Notes: a model not told the origin generated them from the letters alone. A stretch of 64,000 nt of DNA from an uncultured Blastochloridaceae bacterium (GCA_964351865.1 CAYGPJ010000006.1:17833-81832); one strand, 5' to 3'; counted from the stretch's first letter, positions 48,342 through 58,756 are shown. Numbers and translations: made by a program.

Positions 48342-49739
48342 TTATGATTCTTTTCTAAGGTTGGAGGGAAGAATGTTTAACTCCGCTCTGTATTTGGCAA
48401 CCGTGCGTCGTGCAAGTTTGATGCCTCGGTCTTTCAGGGTGGAGACAATATCTGAATCAGATAGTGGCTTGGCCTTGTCTTCTTTAGAGACTAGTTCATT
48501 GATAGCCTCTTTCACGCTGGTGTTTGACATTTTACTGCCATCTTCAGTGCGATAACCGGATGTGAAAAAATACTTCATAGGAAGCACACCCCATGGGGTG
48601 GTAACGTATTTATTTGCGGATGCTCTACTGACAGTGGTTTCGTGTACTCCTACAGATTGAGCAATGCGGCTCATGGTGAGGGGTTTGAGGCTTTTAGGGC
48701 CATTTTCAAGAAAATCCTGTTGTAGTAGGACCACCTCTTTCAGAATGGATTCAAGCGTGTGTTGCCGTTGGTGCATGCATTTAATTAAAAACTTCCCCGA
48801 CCTGACGCGGTCTTTTAGATAGTTCTTCAGGTTTGGATCCCGGTGGCTGTCTGCCAGCAGATCCTTGTAAGTATTACTGATACGGAGTCTCGGAACGGGA
48901 TCGCTATTTAAGATGACTTCCCACTCGCCGTCCTCATTTTTGAGGATAGCGGCTTCAGCTTGCACGATGTTTTGAGCTTCTGGCTTTGAGTAGGCTAAAC
49001 CTGGCTTGGGTTGCAGGGTTTTAATATTCGCCAGTATTTCATGAGTGCGTTCGCTGCTCAGTTTGAATTTGCGGGATATTTCCTGATATTTTTTTCGACC
49101 GAGTAAATCCATGGCCTCGTCGATTATTTGATATTCAATTGAATGGTTCATTCCTTTCAGTTTCAACTGGATGAGCAGGCATTCTCTCAGGTCCCTGGCG
49201 GCGATACCCGGCGGATGAAAACTTTGAATGAGGTCTAAAGCTTTGATGATGATTTCCTCAGTAAGTTGCGCTCCGGTAGTCAACTCTTCATTCGTAGCTT
49301 TCAGGTAGCCGTCCGTATCAATATTGCCGATAATTTCTTCGCCAGCTCTCAGAACCTCGGGATCAGTTGTCGTGAGGTGGAGTTGTTCCATCAAGATATC
49401 TGTCAGTGAGGGATGTGATATTTGAGAATCAAAGAGGAATTGTCTTTTTTCTTCCGCTTGTTCGGAATTCATGGAGTTACTAAATTGGCTCTGTGAAAAA
49501 TATTCACGCCATTCCTCATTCATCTGCTCCAGAGCTTCTAATTCATTATCCCACTCTTCATCAGTAGATTCAACTTGAGGCTCTGATTCCTCGAGAACGG
49601 GGTTTGCGTTCATTTCCTGCTGGAGTAATGCGCGTAACTCCATGACTGGTGCCTGCAAATACTGCAGTGACTGCTGCATTTGAGGTGATAATGTCTGAGA
49701 TAGATTTAGACTTTGATTTAAGCTCAGACCCTGTGACAT
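48342..49739 (-). CDS. rpoN: RNA polymerase sigma-54
   Basis: Gln/Leu-rich region I, VHETTVSR and the RpoN box ARRTVAKYR. Confidence 0.97.
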   Translation of the reverse strand: MSQGLSLNQSLNLSQTLSPQMQQSLQYLQAPVMELRALLQQEMNANPVLEESEPQVESTDEEWDNELEALEQMNEEWREYFSQSQFSNSMNSEQAEEKRQFLFDSQISHPSLTDILMEQLHLTTTDPEVLRAGEEIIGNIDTDGYLKATNEELTTGAQLTEEIIIKALDLIQSFHPPGIAARDLRECLLIQLKLKGMNHSIEYQIIDEAMDLLGRKKYQEISRKFKLSSERTHEILANIKTLQPKPGLAYSKPEAQNIVQAEAAILKNEDGEWEVILNSDPVPRLRISNTYKDLLADSHRDPNLKNYLKDRVRSGKFLIKCMHQRQHTLESILKEVVLLQQDFLENGPKSLKPLTMSRIAQSVGVHETTVSRASANKYVTTPWGVLPMKYFFTSGYRTEDGSKMSNTSVKEAINELVSKEDKAKPLSDSDIVSTLKDRGIKLARRTVAKYRAELNILPSNLRKES

Positions 49740-49792
49740 AGGTGGTAAATTACCTAGTCCGTAGAACTTAATAAAGCATTATTTGTGCCACA

Positions 49793-50599
49793 ATGAAATA
49801 TATATTTGAAGGTCAGTTGGGAGTGCAGGTCTTAGGTAGCGGGAGTAAAGGCAATGCCTTGATTATTTATACCAATAATGGGGCGTTGCTGCTGGATGCG
49901 GGGCTGAGTGGACGTGAACTGATGAAACGTTTGACTGACATTAGCGTTGATGTCAGTCAACTGGATGGTGTCTTATTAACCCATGAACATAATGATCACG
50001 TCAGAGGTCTGAAAGGACTAATCAAAAAATGCTCACTGACAGTCTGGGCCAATTCGCAGACGTCAGAATATTTAAAAAGTAGGGGTTATCAAGAGATGAG
50101 TTGGGCCGAATTTGATACGGGGTCAACTTTCCCAATCGGATCCTTTACGGTGAAGTCGTTTCCGGTTCCTCATGATGCCTATGACCCCTGTGGTTTCGTG
50201 ATTACCTCAGAGAAGGTTTCGGTCGGAGTGTTGACCGATCTGGGATACTGTACGGACGAGGTTCGTCAGAGGGCTGCCTGCTGTCATGTTCTGTATTTGG
50301 AAGCGAATTATGATGAGGAATTGCTGGCAAGTGACCCGAAGCGCCCGTGGGCCACAAAGCAAAGAATAATGGCTAGGCATGGTCACCTTTCAAATTTACA
50401 GGCCTCTGAGTTATTGAGCGGCTTGAAGGGGAGGAATGCGCCATTACGGCATGTCTTTTTGGGGCATATGAGTGAGGACTGCAATGAAGCAGAATTGGCT
50501 ATCAATCAGATACGTCAGGGGTTGAATCAGGCTGGACTTGATCACGTCGAGATCCACTTGACGTATCAGTCCCAAGTGAGCGAATTGGTAATACTCTAG
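49793..50599 (+). CDS. MBL-fold metallohydrolase (YycJ/WalJ-like)
   Basis: GSGSKGN, THEHNDH, HDA, TDLG, EANYD and GHLSN motifs. Confidence 0.92.
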   Translation: MKYIFEGQLGVQVLGSGSKGNALIIYTNNGALLLDAGLSGRELMKRLTDISVDVSQLDGVLLTHEHNDHVRGLKGLIKKCSLTVWANSQTSEYLKSRGYQEMSWAEFDTGSTFPIGSFTVKSFPVPHDAYDPCGFVITSEKVSVGVLTDLGYCTDEVRQRAACCHVLYLEANYDEELLASDPKRPWATKQRIMARHGHLSNLQASELLSGLKGRNAPLRHVFLGHMSEDCNEAELAINQIRQGLNQAGLDHVEIHLTYQSQVSELVIL

Positions 50600-50629
50600 T
50601 AGTTGATGCAGGATACTTCGACGGGTTGA

Positions 50630-50978
50630 AAAATATGTAGGTCGTCCCGATACAGCAAGTGATCGGGACGACAGTTTAGAAGGCGCCGAGATGCAAGCTT
50701 TAGGCTACGCCTAAACTAAACAAGTTAGAAATACATGCTGGCCGCACTGCGTGCTTAGTTTTCTCGGCCTACAGTTCCCGTCATATCATGTTGCACGGTC
50801 TACTAGTCGTGGGCATTGTTTTCAATGCGCTTCGGGATGTTTTTCGAAGAAGAATGTTGCATATCAAAACGGGATTCAGCGCTTTGGCACCGGTCGATGC
50901 GAAGGCTATGCCTAGGCAAGCCACTCCTTAACCTACCCGCATGAGGGCGCTCTCGATGATATCGCGAGATGCTGCGCC
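50630..50978 (-). ncRNA. Putative unassigned structured ncRNA (~350 nt)
   Basis: Extended -10 (TGGTAAAAT, 50990-50982), many nested helices with G-U pairs favouring the minus strand, a terminal hairpin at 50641-50672, and no ORF of 60 aa or more within it. Confidence 0.55.
50641..50672. terminator. Hairpin between the convergent MBL gene and the putative ncRNA (terminator or GTAG-REP)
   Basis: GTCGTCCCGAT-N10-ATCGGGACGAC, perfect 11-bp stem. Confidence 0.65.
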
Positions 50979-51048
50979 ACTATTTTACCATAAAGTAAAC
51001 GCTCATTCTATTACCTGGCCGCGCAGCAAACGAATTCCGAATGGCACT

Positions 51049-51080
51049 AAAAACGCCTGCTCATTCAAGAGCAGGCGTTT
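51049..51080 (-). terminator. Intrinsic terminator of the pilB-pilB-pilC operon
   Basis: AAACGCCTGCTC-N6-GAGCAGGCGTTT with a T-run, 30 nt after the pilC stop. Confidence 0.8.
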
Positions 51081-51110
51081 AATGATTAAAACTATTTTTG
51101 GTTATATTCC

Positions 51111-52358
51111 TTATCCGGTCAGTTCCTGAATGATGGAAACCAATGGCAGGAAGAGAGCGATAACGATAGTTCCGACCACTACCGCCAGGAACACGATCAT
51201 GATCGGTTCGAGCAGCGAGGTGAGTCCGGCAACTGCTACGTCTACTTCTTCCTCATACACGTCAGCAACTTTATTCAGCATGACGGGCAATTGTCCGGTT
51301 TCTTCCCCAACTTGAATCATCGAGATCACCATTGGTGGAAAGAGGCCGCTCGCTTCGAGGGGGGAGACCATGGATTCACCTTCTTTGACAGCTTCGTGCA
51401 CATCATTGATGGCACTCGAAAGGACGATATTACCTGCGGTTTCTTTGGTGATGCTTAAAGCCTGGAGAATCGGAACCCCACTGGTGACAAGTGTTCCCAG
51501 GGTGCGGGAAAAACGTGCGATAGAAGTCTTGGAAATCAGATCGCCAAACACCGGTAATTTCAGCTTAAGTCGATCCAGAGTGGTGGCTCCGGCCGGGGTG
51601 CGCTTGAAGACCTGGTAGACGACAACGCCAACCAGGGCGAGGCCTAAAATAATGAGGATGTTATGTTGAACGAAGCGGCTGAGGCCAATAACAAATGCGG
51701 TCAAGTCTGGTAGCGGTTTATTGCCCAGCATGTCTTTAAAAATAGCTTCAAACTTAGGAACGATAAAGAGCAATAGAAAGGCCATGATACCGATAGCGAT
51801 CACTAGCACCACAATCGGATATACCATTGCGGAAACGACTTTTCCTTTAATGCGTTGAGCCTTTTCCTGGAATTCGGCCAATCGAGTCAGCACGATTTCG
51901 AGTACCCCGCCTAGTTCGCCGGCTTTTACCATGTTGACGTAAAGTTTATTGAAGATCTTAGGGTGCTGAGCCAGCGCTTCAGAAAAAGTGTTTCCACTTT
52001 CTACCGAATCTGAAAGATGCTCCATCGCCTCGCGCAGCACAGGATTTTTTTCCTGTTTGCAGAGAGTGCGCAGGCTGCGAAGTAGGGGGAGCCCGGCATC
52101 AATCAGGGTGGCTAGCTGCCGGGTGAATACGGTCAGCACTTTACTCTTTACGGTGCCGCCACCGAAACTGAACGAACTTTTCTTTTTCGCTTTGGGCGCT
52201 GCGGCGCTTGCGGCCGGTCCTGATGTTTCAGAGACGCTGGTCGGGAAAAATCCTTGCTCTTTAATTTGGGCAGATGCAGTTGCGGCGTCCGGTGCCTCAA
52301 TAGTCCCTGTAGTTTGAGTTCCCGATGAATCAACAGCGGTATATGAAAAATGCGGCAT
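51111..52358 (-). CDS. pilC: Type IV pilus/T2SS platform protein (PilC/GspF)
   Basis: FTRQLATLIDAG, MVKAGELGG, VGEETG and LLEP motifs. Confidence 0.93.
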   Translation of the reverse strand: MPHFSYTAVDSSGTQTTGTIEAPDAATASAQIKEQGFFPTSVSETSGPAASAAAPKAKKKSSFSFGGGTVKSKVLTVFTRQLATLIDAGLPLLRSLRTLCKQEKNPVLREAMEHLSDSVESGNTFSEALAQHPKIFNKLYVNMVKAGELGGVLEIVLTRLAEFQEKAQRIKGKVVSAMVYPIVVLVIAIGIMAFLLLFIVPKFEAIFKDMLGNKPLPDLTAFVIGLSRFVQHNILIILGLALVGVVVYQVFKRTPAGATTLDRLKLKLPVFGDLISKTSIARFSRTLGTLVTSGVPILQALSITKETAGNIVLSSAINDVHEAVKEGESMVSPLEASGLFPPMVISMIQVGEETGQLPVMLNKVADVYEEEVDVAVAGLTSLLEPIMIVFLAVVVGTIVIALFLPLVSIIQELTG

Positions 52359-52373
52359 AATATTTGACCTTGG

Positions 52374-54050
52374 TTATGTGTACTTTATTACCTCTTCTAT
52401 AGTGGTATCTCCATCAAAAATACAGCGTAATCCATCATCCCTCAAGGTTGTCATTCCCAGCTCAATAGCCTTTTGGCGTAGAACGACTGTCGGAGCTTTT
52501 TCATTGATCAACTGCCGGATCGGTTCAGTGACGTTTAAAAGCTCGTAAATACCTTTACGTCCTTTGTAACCCGTTTGGTTGCAGGTGTCACAGCCTTCCC
52601 CGTAGTAGAATGATTTATCACCAATGTCGTGTACGCTCAGGCCAATCTGTGCCAGCACGCTTTCAGTGGGTTCGTAGGGGGTTCGGCAATCGGGACATAC
52701 TTTTCGGATCAGGCGTTGTCCGAGCACCCCTTCGAGTGTGGCTGAGATACGGAAGGGTTCGATGCCCATGTCGACCAGGCGGGTAACCGCACCGGGCGAA
52801 TCATTGGTATGTAAGCTACTTAGAACCAGGTGGCCGGTGAGTGAGGCTTGAATGGCGATCTGTGCGGTTTGCAGGTCACGTGTTTCTCCGACCAGAATTT
52901 TATTGGGATCCTGCCGTAAGAAGGCACGCAATACGCGGGCAAAGGTAAGCCCGATGGCTTCATTCACCTGAACCTGTTGAATGCCTTCAAGTTCATACTC
53001 GACCGGGTCTTCTGCCGTCAGAATCTTGGAGTCGATGGTATTGATCTCACGAATACACGAGTAGAGGGTGGTGGTTTTACCGGACCCGGTCGGCCCCGTG
53101 ACGATGAAAATACCATGGGGTTTTTTCACCGTTGCTCGAACGTAATCGAGAATATACTGAGGCATTCCCAGTGCTTCCAGATCCAGATTCACCACCGAGC
53201 GATCCAAAACACGTAATACCACACTCTCGCCGTATTGAGTCGGCAGGGTGGATACACGCAAATCAACCGGACGGTTGGCCATTGTCGTTTGAATACGCCC
53301 ATCCTGCGGGATACGGCGTTCAGCAATGTTGAGTCCGGACATGACCTTAATCCGAGAGATCACTGGGAGTGCCAGTCGTTTGGGGGGAGGCGACATCTCG
53401 TATAGTGCTCCATCGACACGATAGCGGATTTTAAATTCCTTTTCGAATGGTTCGAAGTGAATATCACTGGCGGAGGCTTCGATCGCTTTAGCGATGACGG
53501 TATTCACATACTTGATGATGGGAGCACTGGCTGCCGCAGAGGTGAGATCTTCGGGGCTGTTTTCATCGGCCTCTTGAATTTCACCTGCCAGTTGGGCGAC
53601 AAGGTCGTCCACCTCAGCCTCCTCCGAGCCGTAGAATTGATTTACCAGATTCCCAATATCGGTGAAACTGGCAACCACCAGATTGATGCTTTTACCGGTG
53701 GTCCACTGAAGGTCATCAATGGTTTGCTGATTCAGTGGATCCTGCAAGGCGACAGTGACACTGAATTCATCACATGCCACTGGCAAGGCGGTGTGCATAC
53801 GCGCAGACTGGGGAGGAATGCTGCTAAGCAGTTCCGGGGTGAACTCAGCCTGTGTGACATCGACATATTGAACTCCCAGATAGTCAGCGATTCGTTGCAG
53901 TAAGTCATGTTCACTGATCATGCCGTAGTCACAGACGATCTGTTCGATGTTTTTACCCGAGCGTTCCTGTTCCTCGATCAGCTCTGCCGCCTGAGTTTCG
54001 GTGATCACGCCTTGTTCTTTAAGGAAGGCAATGAGAAGGTGGTTATCCAT
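52374..54050 (-). CDS. pilB: Type IV pilus assembly ATPase (PilB/GspE), copy 2
   Basis: ASDIHFE, GPTGSGKTTTLY, EDPVE, LRQDP and two CxxC motifs. Confidence 0.92.
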   Translation of the reverse strand: MDNHLLIAFLKEQGVITETQAAELIEEQERSGKNIEQIVCDYGMISEHDLLQRIADYLGVQYVDVTQAEFTPELLSSIPPQSARMHTALPVACDEFSVTVALQDPLNQQTIDDLQWTTGKSINLVVASFTDIGNLVNQFYGSEEAEVDDLVAQLAGEIQEADENSPEDLTSAAASAPIIKYVNTVIAKAIEASASDIHFEPFEKEFKIRYRVDGALYEMSPPPKRLALPVISRIKVMSGLNIAERRIPQDGRIQTTMANRPVDLRVSTLPTQYGESVVLRVLDRSVVNLDLEALGMPQYILDYVRATVKKPHGIFIVTGPTGSGKTTTLYSCIREINTIDSKILTAEDPVEYELEGIQQVQVNEAIGLTFARVLRAFLRQDPNKILVGETRDLQTAQIAIQASLTGHLVLSSLHTNDSPGAVTRLVDMGIEPFRISATLEGVLGQRLIRKVCPDCRTPYEPTESVLAQIGLSVHDIGDKSFYYGEGCDTCNQTGYKGRKGIYELLNVTEPIRQLINEKAPTVVLRQKAIELGMTTLRDDGLRCIFDGDTTIEEVIKYT

Positions 54051-55756
54051 CAGCTTTCATCTCCCATGGTGGCTATAATCACTTCTTCCGGAGTGGTAAT
54101 TCCCGCGACCGCCTTACGGATACCGTCCTCGCGGAGGGTGCGCATTCCCATGTCACGAGCTCGCTTGCGAATATGGGAAACACTGACTTCATCATTGACC
54201 ATGCCTCGGATTTCATCGTCTACGGTGAAAATCTCGAAGATACCATTTCGGCCTTTATAGCCTGTTCCGCGGCAATTATCGCAGCCGTGGCCTTTCTGGA
54301 AATTGGCTCCGGCCAACTGGTCATCTTTTAAGTTGAGAGAACGCAGTTCAACATCGGTCGGCACGTAGGACTGAACGCAGTTGGAGCACAGTTTGCGGAT
54401 GAGTCGTTGTGCCAGCACGGCTCGTAAGGAGGAAGAAACCAGAAACGGCTTCACGCCCATATCTACCAGCCGCGTAACCGCACTTGGGGCGTCATTCGTG
54501 TGTAATGTGCTGAAGACCAAGTGTCCGGTCAGGGATGCGTTAATGGCGATATTGGCGGTGTCTACATCTCGAATCTCCCCGACCATGATAATATTGGGGG
54601 CCTGACGCAGCATGGCGCGGAGTGCGGCAGGGAAAGTCATGCCCACTTCTTCATTCACCTGAACCTGATTAATCCCAGCCAGTTCATACTCTACCGGATC
54701 TTCAACCGTGATCAGCTTAAGATCCGGTTTGTTGAGGATGTTGAGGCAAGCGTAAAGGGTGGTGGATTTTCCAGAACCGGTTGGTCCGGTGACGAGGAAC
54801 ATTCCATCGGGTGCTGCCAGAATGGTTTCGATCGCCATCTGATCATCCGATAGAAATCCTAATTCCGGCAACCCCAATGTCAGGCCCGTTTTGTCCAAAA
54901 TACGCATGACGATGGACTCGCCGTGGACCGTGGGGACGGTGGAAACACGTAAATCCACGCTTTTTCCATCCTGCATAGCCAACGAAATACGACCATCTTG
55001 CGGCAGTCGCTTTTCCGCGATACTCATGCCTGCCATGATCTTAATACGACTGATGATGGTGGATTGCAGTCGCTTGGGAGGATCCCGCATTTCTTGTAAG
55101 ACCCCATCCATGCGGTAACGCAGTCGGAAGCGCTTTTCGAGCGGTTCGATGTGAATATCACTGGCACGCAGGCGGTTGGCATCCATGATGATGCCGTAAA
55201 CCATTTTAATGATGGGGGCGTCACCTTCTTCGACCGTGTCATCATCGACGCCAGCGCCACCGGACTCTCTGACTTCGAGGTCCATGTCACCATAGCTACT
55301 GATCAGTGAATCAACCGATTCATCGGTAGCTCCGTAAAATTTATGAATCGCTTCCTGAATTTGGTCGCCCGGAACCACGATGGGATCCACATCCATGCGA
55401 AGAATGTGCCGGAGCGCATCCAGACTTTCGAAATCCATGGGATCTGAGACGGCGATGCGAACCGAATGCGGCATTTGTTCGATGGGGATGGCATTGTACC
55501 GCTTGGCTTGCGCCGGCTTCAGCATCGAGACGGCATCCTCCTCAACGTGGTCGATGGTGGCCATGAAATCCATGCCGCAATCGGTCGCCATCGCTTGTAG
55601 AATGTCCTCACGGGTCGCCATGCCTTGTGCCACCACCTCCTCCTGGATAGAGCGACCGTTCTCAGCCGCTTGCATACGGATGGTTACCGTGTCCTCGGAA
55701 GAGATTAGCCCAGCCGTGCTGAGAAGTTCTAAAATGTAATCGTCGTTAACCGCCAT
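54050..55756 (-). CDS. pilB: Type IV pilus assembly ATPase (PilB/GspE), copy 1
   Basis: ASDIHIE, GPTGSGKSTTLY, LRQAP, GEIRD and two CxxC motifs. Confidence 0.92.
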   Translation of the reverse strand: MAVNDDYILELLSTAGLISSEDTVTIRMQAAENGRSIQEEVVAQGMATREDILQAMATDCGMDFMATIDHVEEDAVSMLKPAQAKRYNAIPIEQMPHSVRIAVSDPMDFESLDALRHILRMDVDPIVVPGDQIQEAIHKFYGATDESVDSLISSYGDMDLEVRESGGAGVDDDTVEEGDAPIIKMVYGIIMDANRLRASDIHIEPLEKRFRLRYRMDGVLQEMRDPPKRLQSTIISRIKIMAGMSIAEKRLPQDGRISLAMQDGKSVDLRVSTVPTVHGESIVMRILDKTGLTLGLPELGFLSDDQMAIETILAAPDGMFLVTGPTGSGKSTTLYACLNILNKPDLKLITVEDPVEYELAGINQVQVNEEVGMTFPAALRAMLRQAPNIIMVGEIRDVDTANIAINASLTGHLVFSTLHTNDAPSAVTRLVDMGVKPFLVSSSLRAVLAQRLIRKLCSNCVQSYVPTDVELRSLNLKDDQLAGANFQKGHGCDNCRGTGYKGRNGIFEIFTVDDEIRGMVNDEVSVSHIRKRARDMGMRTLREDGIRKAVAGITTPEEVIIATMGDES

Positions 55757-55810
55757 CCGTATTAGTTAACGTATGTAAACGAGTCTCGCCTGCCAAGGAT
55801 TAACTTCATG

Positions 55811-57256
55811 TCATGATAGCAATTTTTGCAAAATTTCATCGACTTTTTGAGGGTTGGCTTTTCCTCGGGTCTGCTTCATGACATAGCCTTTCAAGGAATT
55901 AATCGCAGAGACTTTCCCTGCGCGGATATCTTCCACACTTTTAGGGTTTTTATCGATGGCCTCCTGACAAAGTGGCTCGAGGGTGCTCTCGTCACTCAAC
56001 TGAACCAGTCCCTTTTTCTCCACGATTTCTTTGGGAGCTCCGCCATTTTCTAACATTTCAGTAATGACCTGCTTGGCTTGTTTGGTGCTGATGGTATCAG
56101 CCTTAGTCAGTTCGGCGACTTCGGCAAAGTGAGTGGCGGGAATGACGGGGGCGTCCAGATCTGGTCCGGAGGCGAGATAATCGTTGATCAGATAGTTGGC
56201 CACCGATACCGCTTCAGCGGTTGCGCTCAATGCCGTTTCGAAGTAATCAGCCAGCCGCTTATCCGCTGCCAGAATTTCGGCCTGATAATCTGATAGCCCC
56301 AGCGTGTCCATAAAACGCGTCTTTTTATCGAGTGGAAGCTCCGGAATGCGTTCACCTGCGGCTTCAAACAGTGCGGGGCGTGTGCGGAAAGGCAGAATGT
56401 CCGGGCAGGCAAAATAACGGTAATCATGCGCATCTTCTTTGGTCCTCATCACCGTGGTCTCACCCAGCCCGTCATTCCAGCGGCGGGTCTCTTGCTGGAT
56501 GGTGCCGCCGTTGGAGACGACATCGATCTGGCGCGGGATCTCATACTGAATGGCGCGCCGCACTCCGCTGATGGTGTTCATGTTTTTGATCTCACACTTG
56601 GTGCCGAATTTTTCCTGCCCCTTGGGGCGGACGCTGATGTTGACGTCGCAGCGCATCTGCCCTTTGTCCATGTCGGCATCGCTGACATTTCCGTAAATCA
56701 GAATCTGTTGTAGCGATTTCAAAAACGCATAGGCTTCATCGGCGGTGCGGATGTCTGCTTCCGTAACGATTTCCATGAGCGGGGTGCCTGCGCGATTGTA
56801 ATCAATGCGGCTGTGATCGTCGTAATGGGTGGATTTGGCCACATCTTCTTCCAGGTGGATGTGGTTGAGGCGGATGCTCTTATTTTCGGTGGCGACTTCT
56901 TCTTCCTGTACTTCCTTAGGGAAAGCGTATTTGTGCAGAGTGACTTTGCCGCCCATGCACAGAGTGTGATGCAACTGCGATGTCTGGTAATTTTTCGGCA
57001 TGTCAGGATAGAAATAATTTTTCCGATCAAACTCGCAATGGTCGGGGATCTCGCAATCCAACATGCGTCCCGCGACAATGGTCTGAATGATTGCCTCACG
57101 GTTGGGAACCGGCAGGGCGCCGGGATAACCCAGACAGACCGGGCAAACGTTGGAGTTAGTGTCCGAGCCATATTGATTGGCGCAGCCGCAGAACATCTTC
57201 GTCTGGGTTTTAAGTTGAACGTGAATTTCTAATCCAATGACAGCTTCGTATTCCAT
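55811..57256 (-). CDS. gatB: Asp/Glu-tRNA amidotransferase subunit B
   Basis: GLEIH, FDRKNYFYPD, HLEED and RCDVNIS motifs. Confidence 0.97.
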   Translation of the reverse strand: MEYEAVIGLEIHVQLKTQTKMFCGCANQYGSDTNSNVCPVCLGYPGALPVPNREAIIQTIVAGRMLDCEIPDHCEFDRKNYFYPDMPKNYQTSQLHHTLCMGGKVTLHKYAFPKEVQEEEVATENKSIRLNHIHLEEDVAKSTHYDDHSRIDYNRAGTPLMEIVTEADIRTADEAYAFLKSLQQILIYGNVSDADMDKGQMRCDVNISVRPKGQEKFGTKCEIKNMNTISGVRRAIQYEIPRQIDVVSNGGTIQQETRRWNDGLGETTVMRTKEDAHDYRYFACPDILPFRTRPALFEAAGERIPELPLDKKTRFMDTLGLSDYQAEILAADKRLADYFETALSATAEAVSVANYLINDYLASGPDLDAPVIPATHFAEVAELTKADTISTKQAKQVITEMLENGGAPKEIVEKKGLVQLSDESTLEPLCQEAIDKNPKSVEDIRAGKVSAINSLKGYVMKQTRGKANPQKVDEILQKLLS

Positions 57257-57279
57257 AGTAGGCGACTGAGGGTAAGTGG

Positions 57280-58722
57280 TTAAGCAATGGTGGGAACGGC
57301 TTTCCGCCAGTCGTGTGACTGCTCGTAAGCATGAGCTGCTTTAAACATGGTGGCTTCTCCGTAAGCGGGGCCCATTAACTGCAGGCCGATAGGCAGGTTT
57401 TCGGAATTAAATCCACAAGGTAGGGAGATACCGCAGATGCCGGCCGCGTTGGCTGCGATGGTGAAAACGTCAGCCAGATACATCTGCAAGGGGTCATTCA
57501 GCTTCTCGCCCGCCTTGAAAGCCGCCGTGGGAGAGGTGGGGGTCAGCACCAGATCACACTGTTGGAAGGCTTGATCAAAATCCTGCTTCATTAACGCACG
57601 CACCTTCTGGGCGCGACTGTAATAGGCATCGTAATAGCCGGAGCTAAGCACGTAGGTTCCGAGAATGATGCGGCGTTTGACTTCGGCCCCAAATCCCTCT
57701 TCACGTGACAGGTGATAAGTGGAGATGGCATCGGAAGCCTCGCTGGAGCGGTGGCCGTAACGCACTCCATCGAAACGAGCCAGGTTGGAAGAGGCCTCGG
57801 CAGTGGCGATGATATAATAAACTGCGATGGCATATTCAGTATGCGGCAGTGAAATTTCAACAATTGCTGCGCCTTGCTGTTCGTACCAGTCGATAGCAGC
57901 TTTGACCTGAGTGGCGACTTCCGGGTCGATGCCTTCGCCAAAATATTCTTTAGGCACGCCGATTCGCAAGCCTTTGACATCCTGTCCGATGCCAGCGCAC
58001 AGATCCGGAACTTCAGCCTGATTGCTGGTATTTTCCATCGGGTCATATCCGGCGATGGCTTGCAGAATTAAGGCGTTATCTTCGACCGTGCGGGTAAAGG
58101 CACCGATCTGATCCAGCGAGGAAGCAAAAGCGACCAGTCCGTAGCGCGAGACCATGCCGTAGGATGGTTTCATACCGACACAACCGCAGAGAGCTGCGGG
58201 TTGGCGGATGGAGCCGCCGGTATCCGAGCCCAATGCCGCGATAGCGCTGCGTGCTCCCACAACAGCGGCGGATCCGCCACTGCTGCCCCCCGGAATTCTG
58301 GTTTCATCCCAGGGGTTGCCGGTTTTATGAAAAGCGGAATGCTCGGTGGAAGACCCCATGGCGAATTCATCCATGTTGGTGCGGCCGTAGGTAAAGGCTC
58401 CGGCCGCCTGTAGGCGATCAATTACCGTGGCGTTGTAGGGGGATAAATACTTCTCCAGATATTTGGAGGCACACGTGCAGTATTCGCCATCTTCATTGAT
58501 ATTATCTTTGATGGCGATAGGAATGCCGCCCAAGGGCAGGGAGGTATCCGCGGCGGCTGCTTTCTCGCGAGCTTTTTCCAGATTGCGGCGCAGGTAGCCT
58601 TTGATCTTCGGCTCGGTGCTTTCGATGCGTGCTTCCAGTGCTTCCAGCACCTCGACCGGATTGGTTTCGCCGGCGGCGTATTTTTGTTTCAGGCTGCTGA
58701 TGGTTTCAGTCGTGATATCCAT
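57280..58722 (-). CDS. gatA: Asp/Glu-tRNA amidotransferase subunit A
   Basis: Amidase signature GGSSGGS, GSDTGGSIRQP and EVKRRI. Confidence 0.97.
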   Translation of the reverse strand: MDITTETISSLKQKYAAGETNPVEVLEALEARIESTEPKIKGYLRRNLEKAREKAAAADTSLPLGGIPIAIKDNINEDGEYCTCASKYLEKYLSPYNATVIDRLQAAGAFTYGRTNMDEFAMGSSTEHSAFHKTGNPWDETRIPGGSSGGSAAVVGARSAIAALGSDTGGSIRQPAALCGCVGMKPSYGMVSRYGLVAFASSLDQIGAFTRTVEDNALILQAIAGYDPMENTSNQAEVPDLCAGIGQDVKGLRIGVPKEYFGEGIDPEVATQVKAAIDWYEQQGAAIVEISLPHTEYAIAVYYIIATAEASSNLARFDGVRYGHRSSEASDAISTYHLSREEGFGAEVKRRIILGTYVLSSGYYDAYYSRAQKVRALMKQDFDQAFQQCDLVLTPTSPTAAFKAGEKLNDPLQMYLADVFTIAANAAGICGISLPCGFNSENLPIGLQLMGPAYGEATMFKAAHAYEQSHDWRKAVPTIA

Positions 58723-58756
58723 GGGAAAGTAAGAATTAAAAATTAAGCAGGATGAA

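Noticed and set aside
50630-50978. tmRNA (similar size; a tag-like frame AEKTKHAVRPACISNLFSLGVA* ends in a hairpin)
   Set aside because: No GGGG 5' acceptor strand, no GTTCRA T-loop and no tRNA-like CCA end in either standard or permuted order; the tag does not end in AA.
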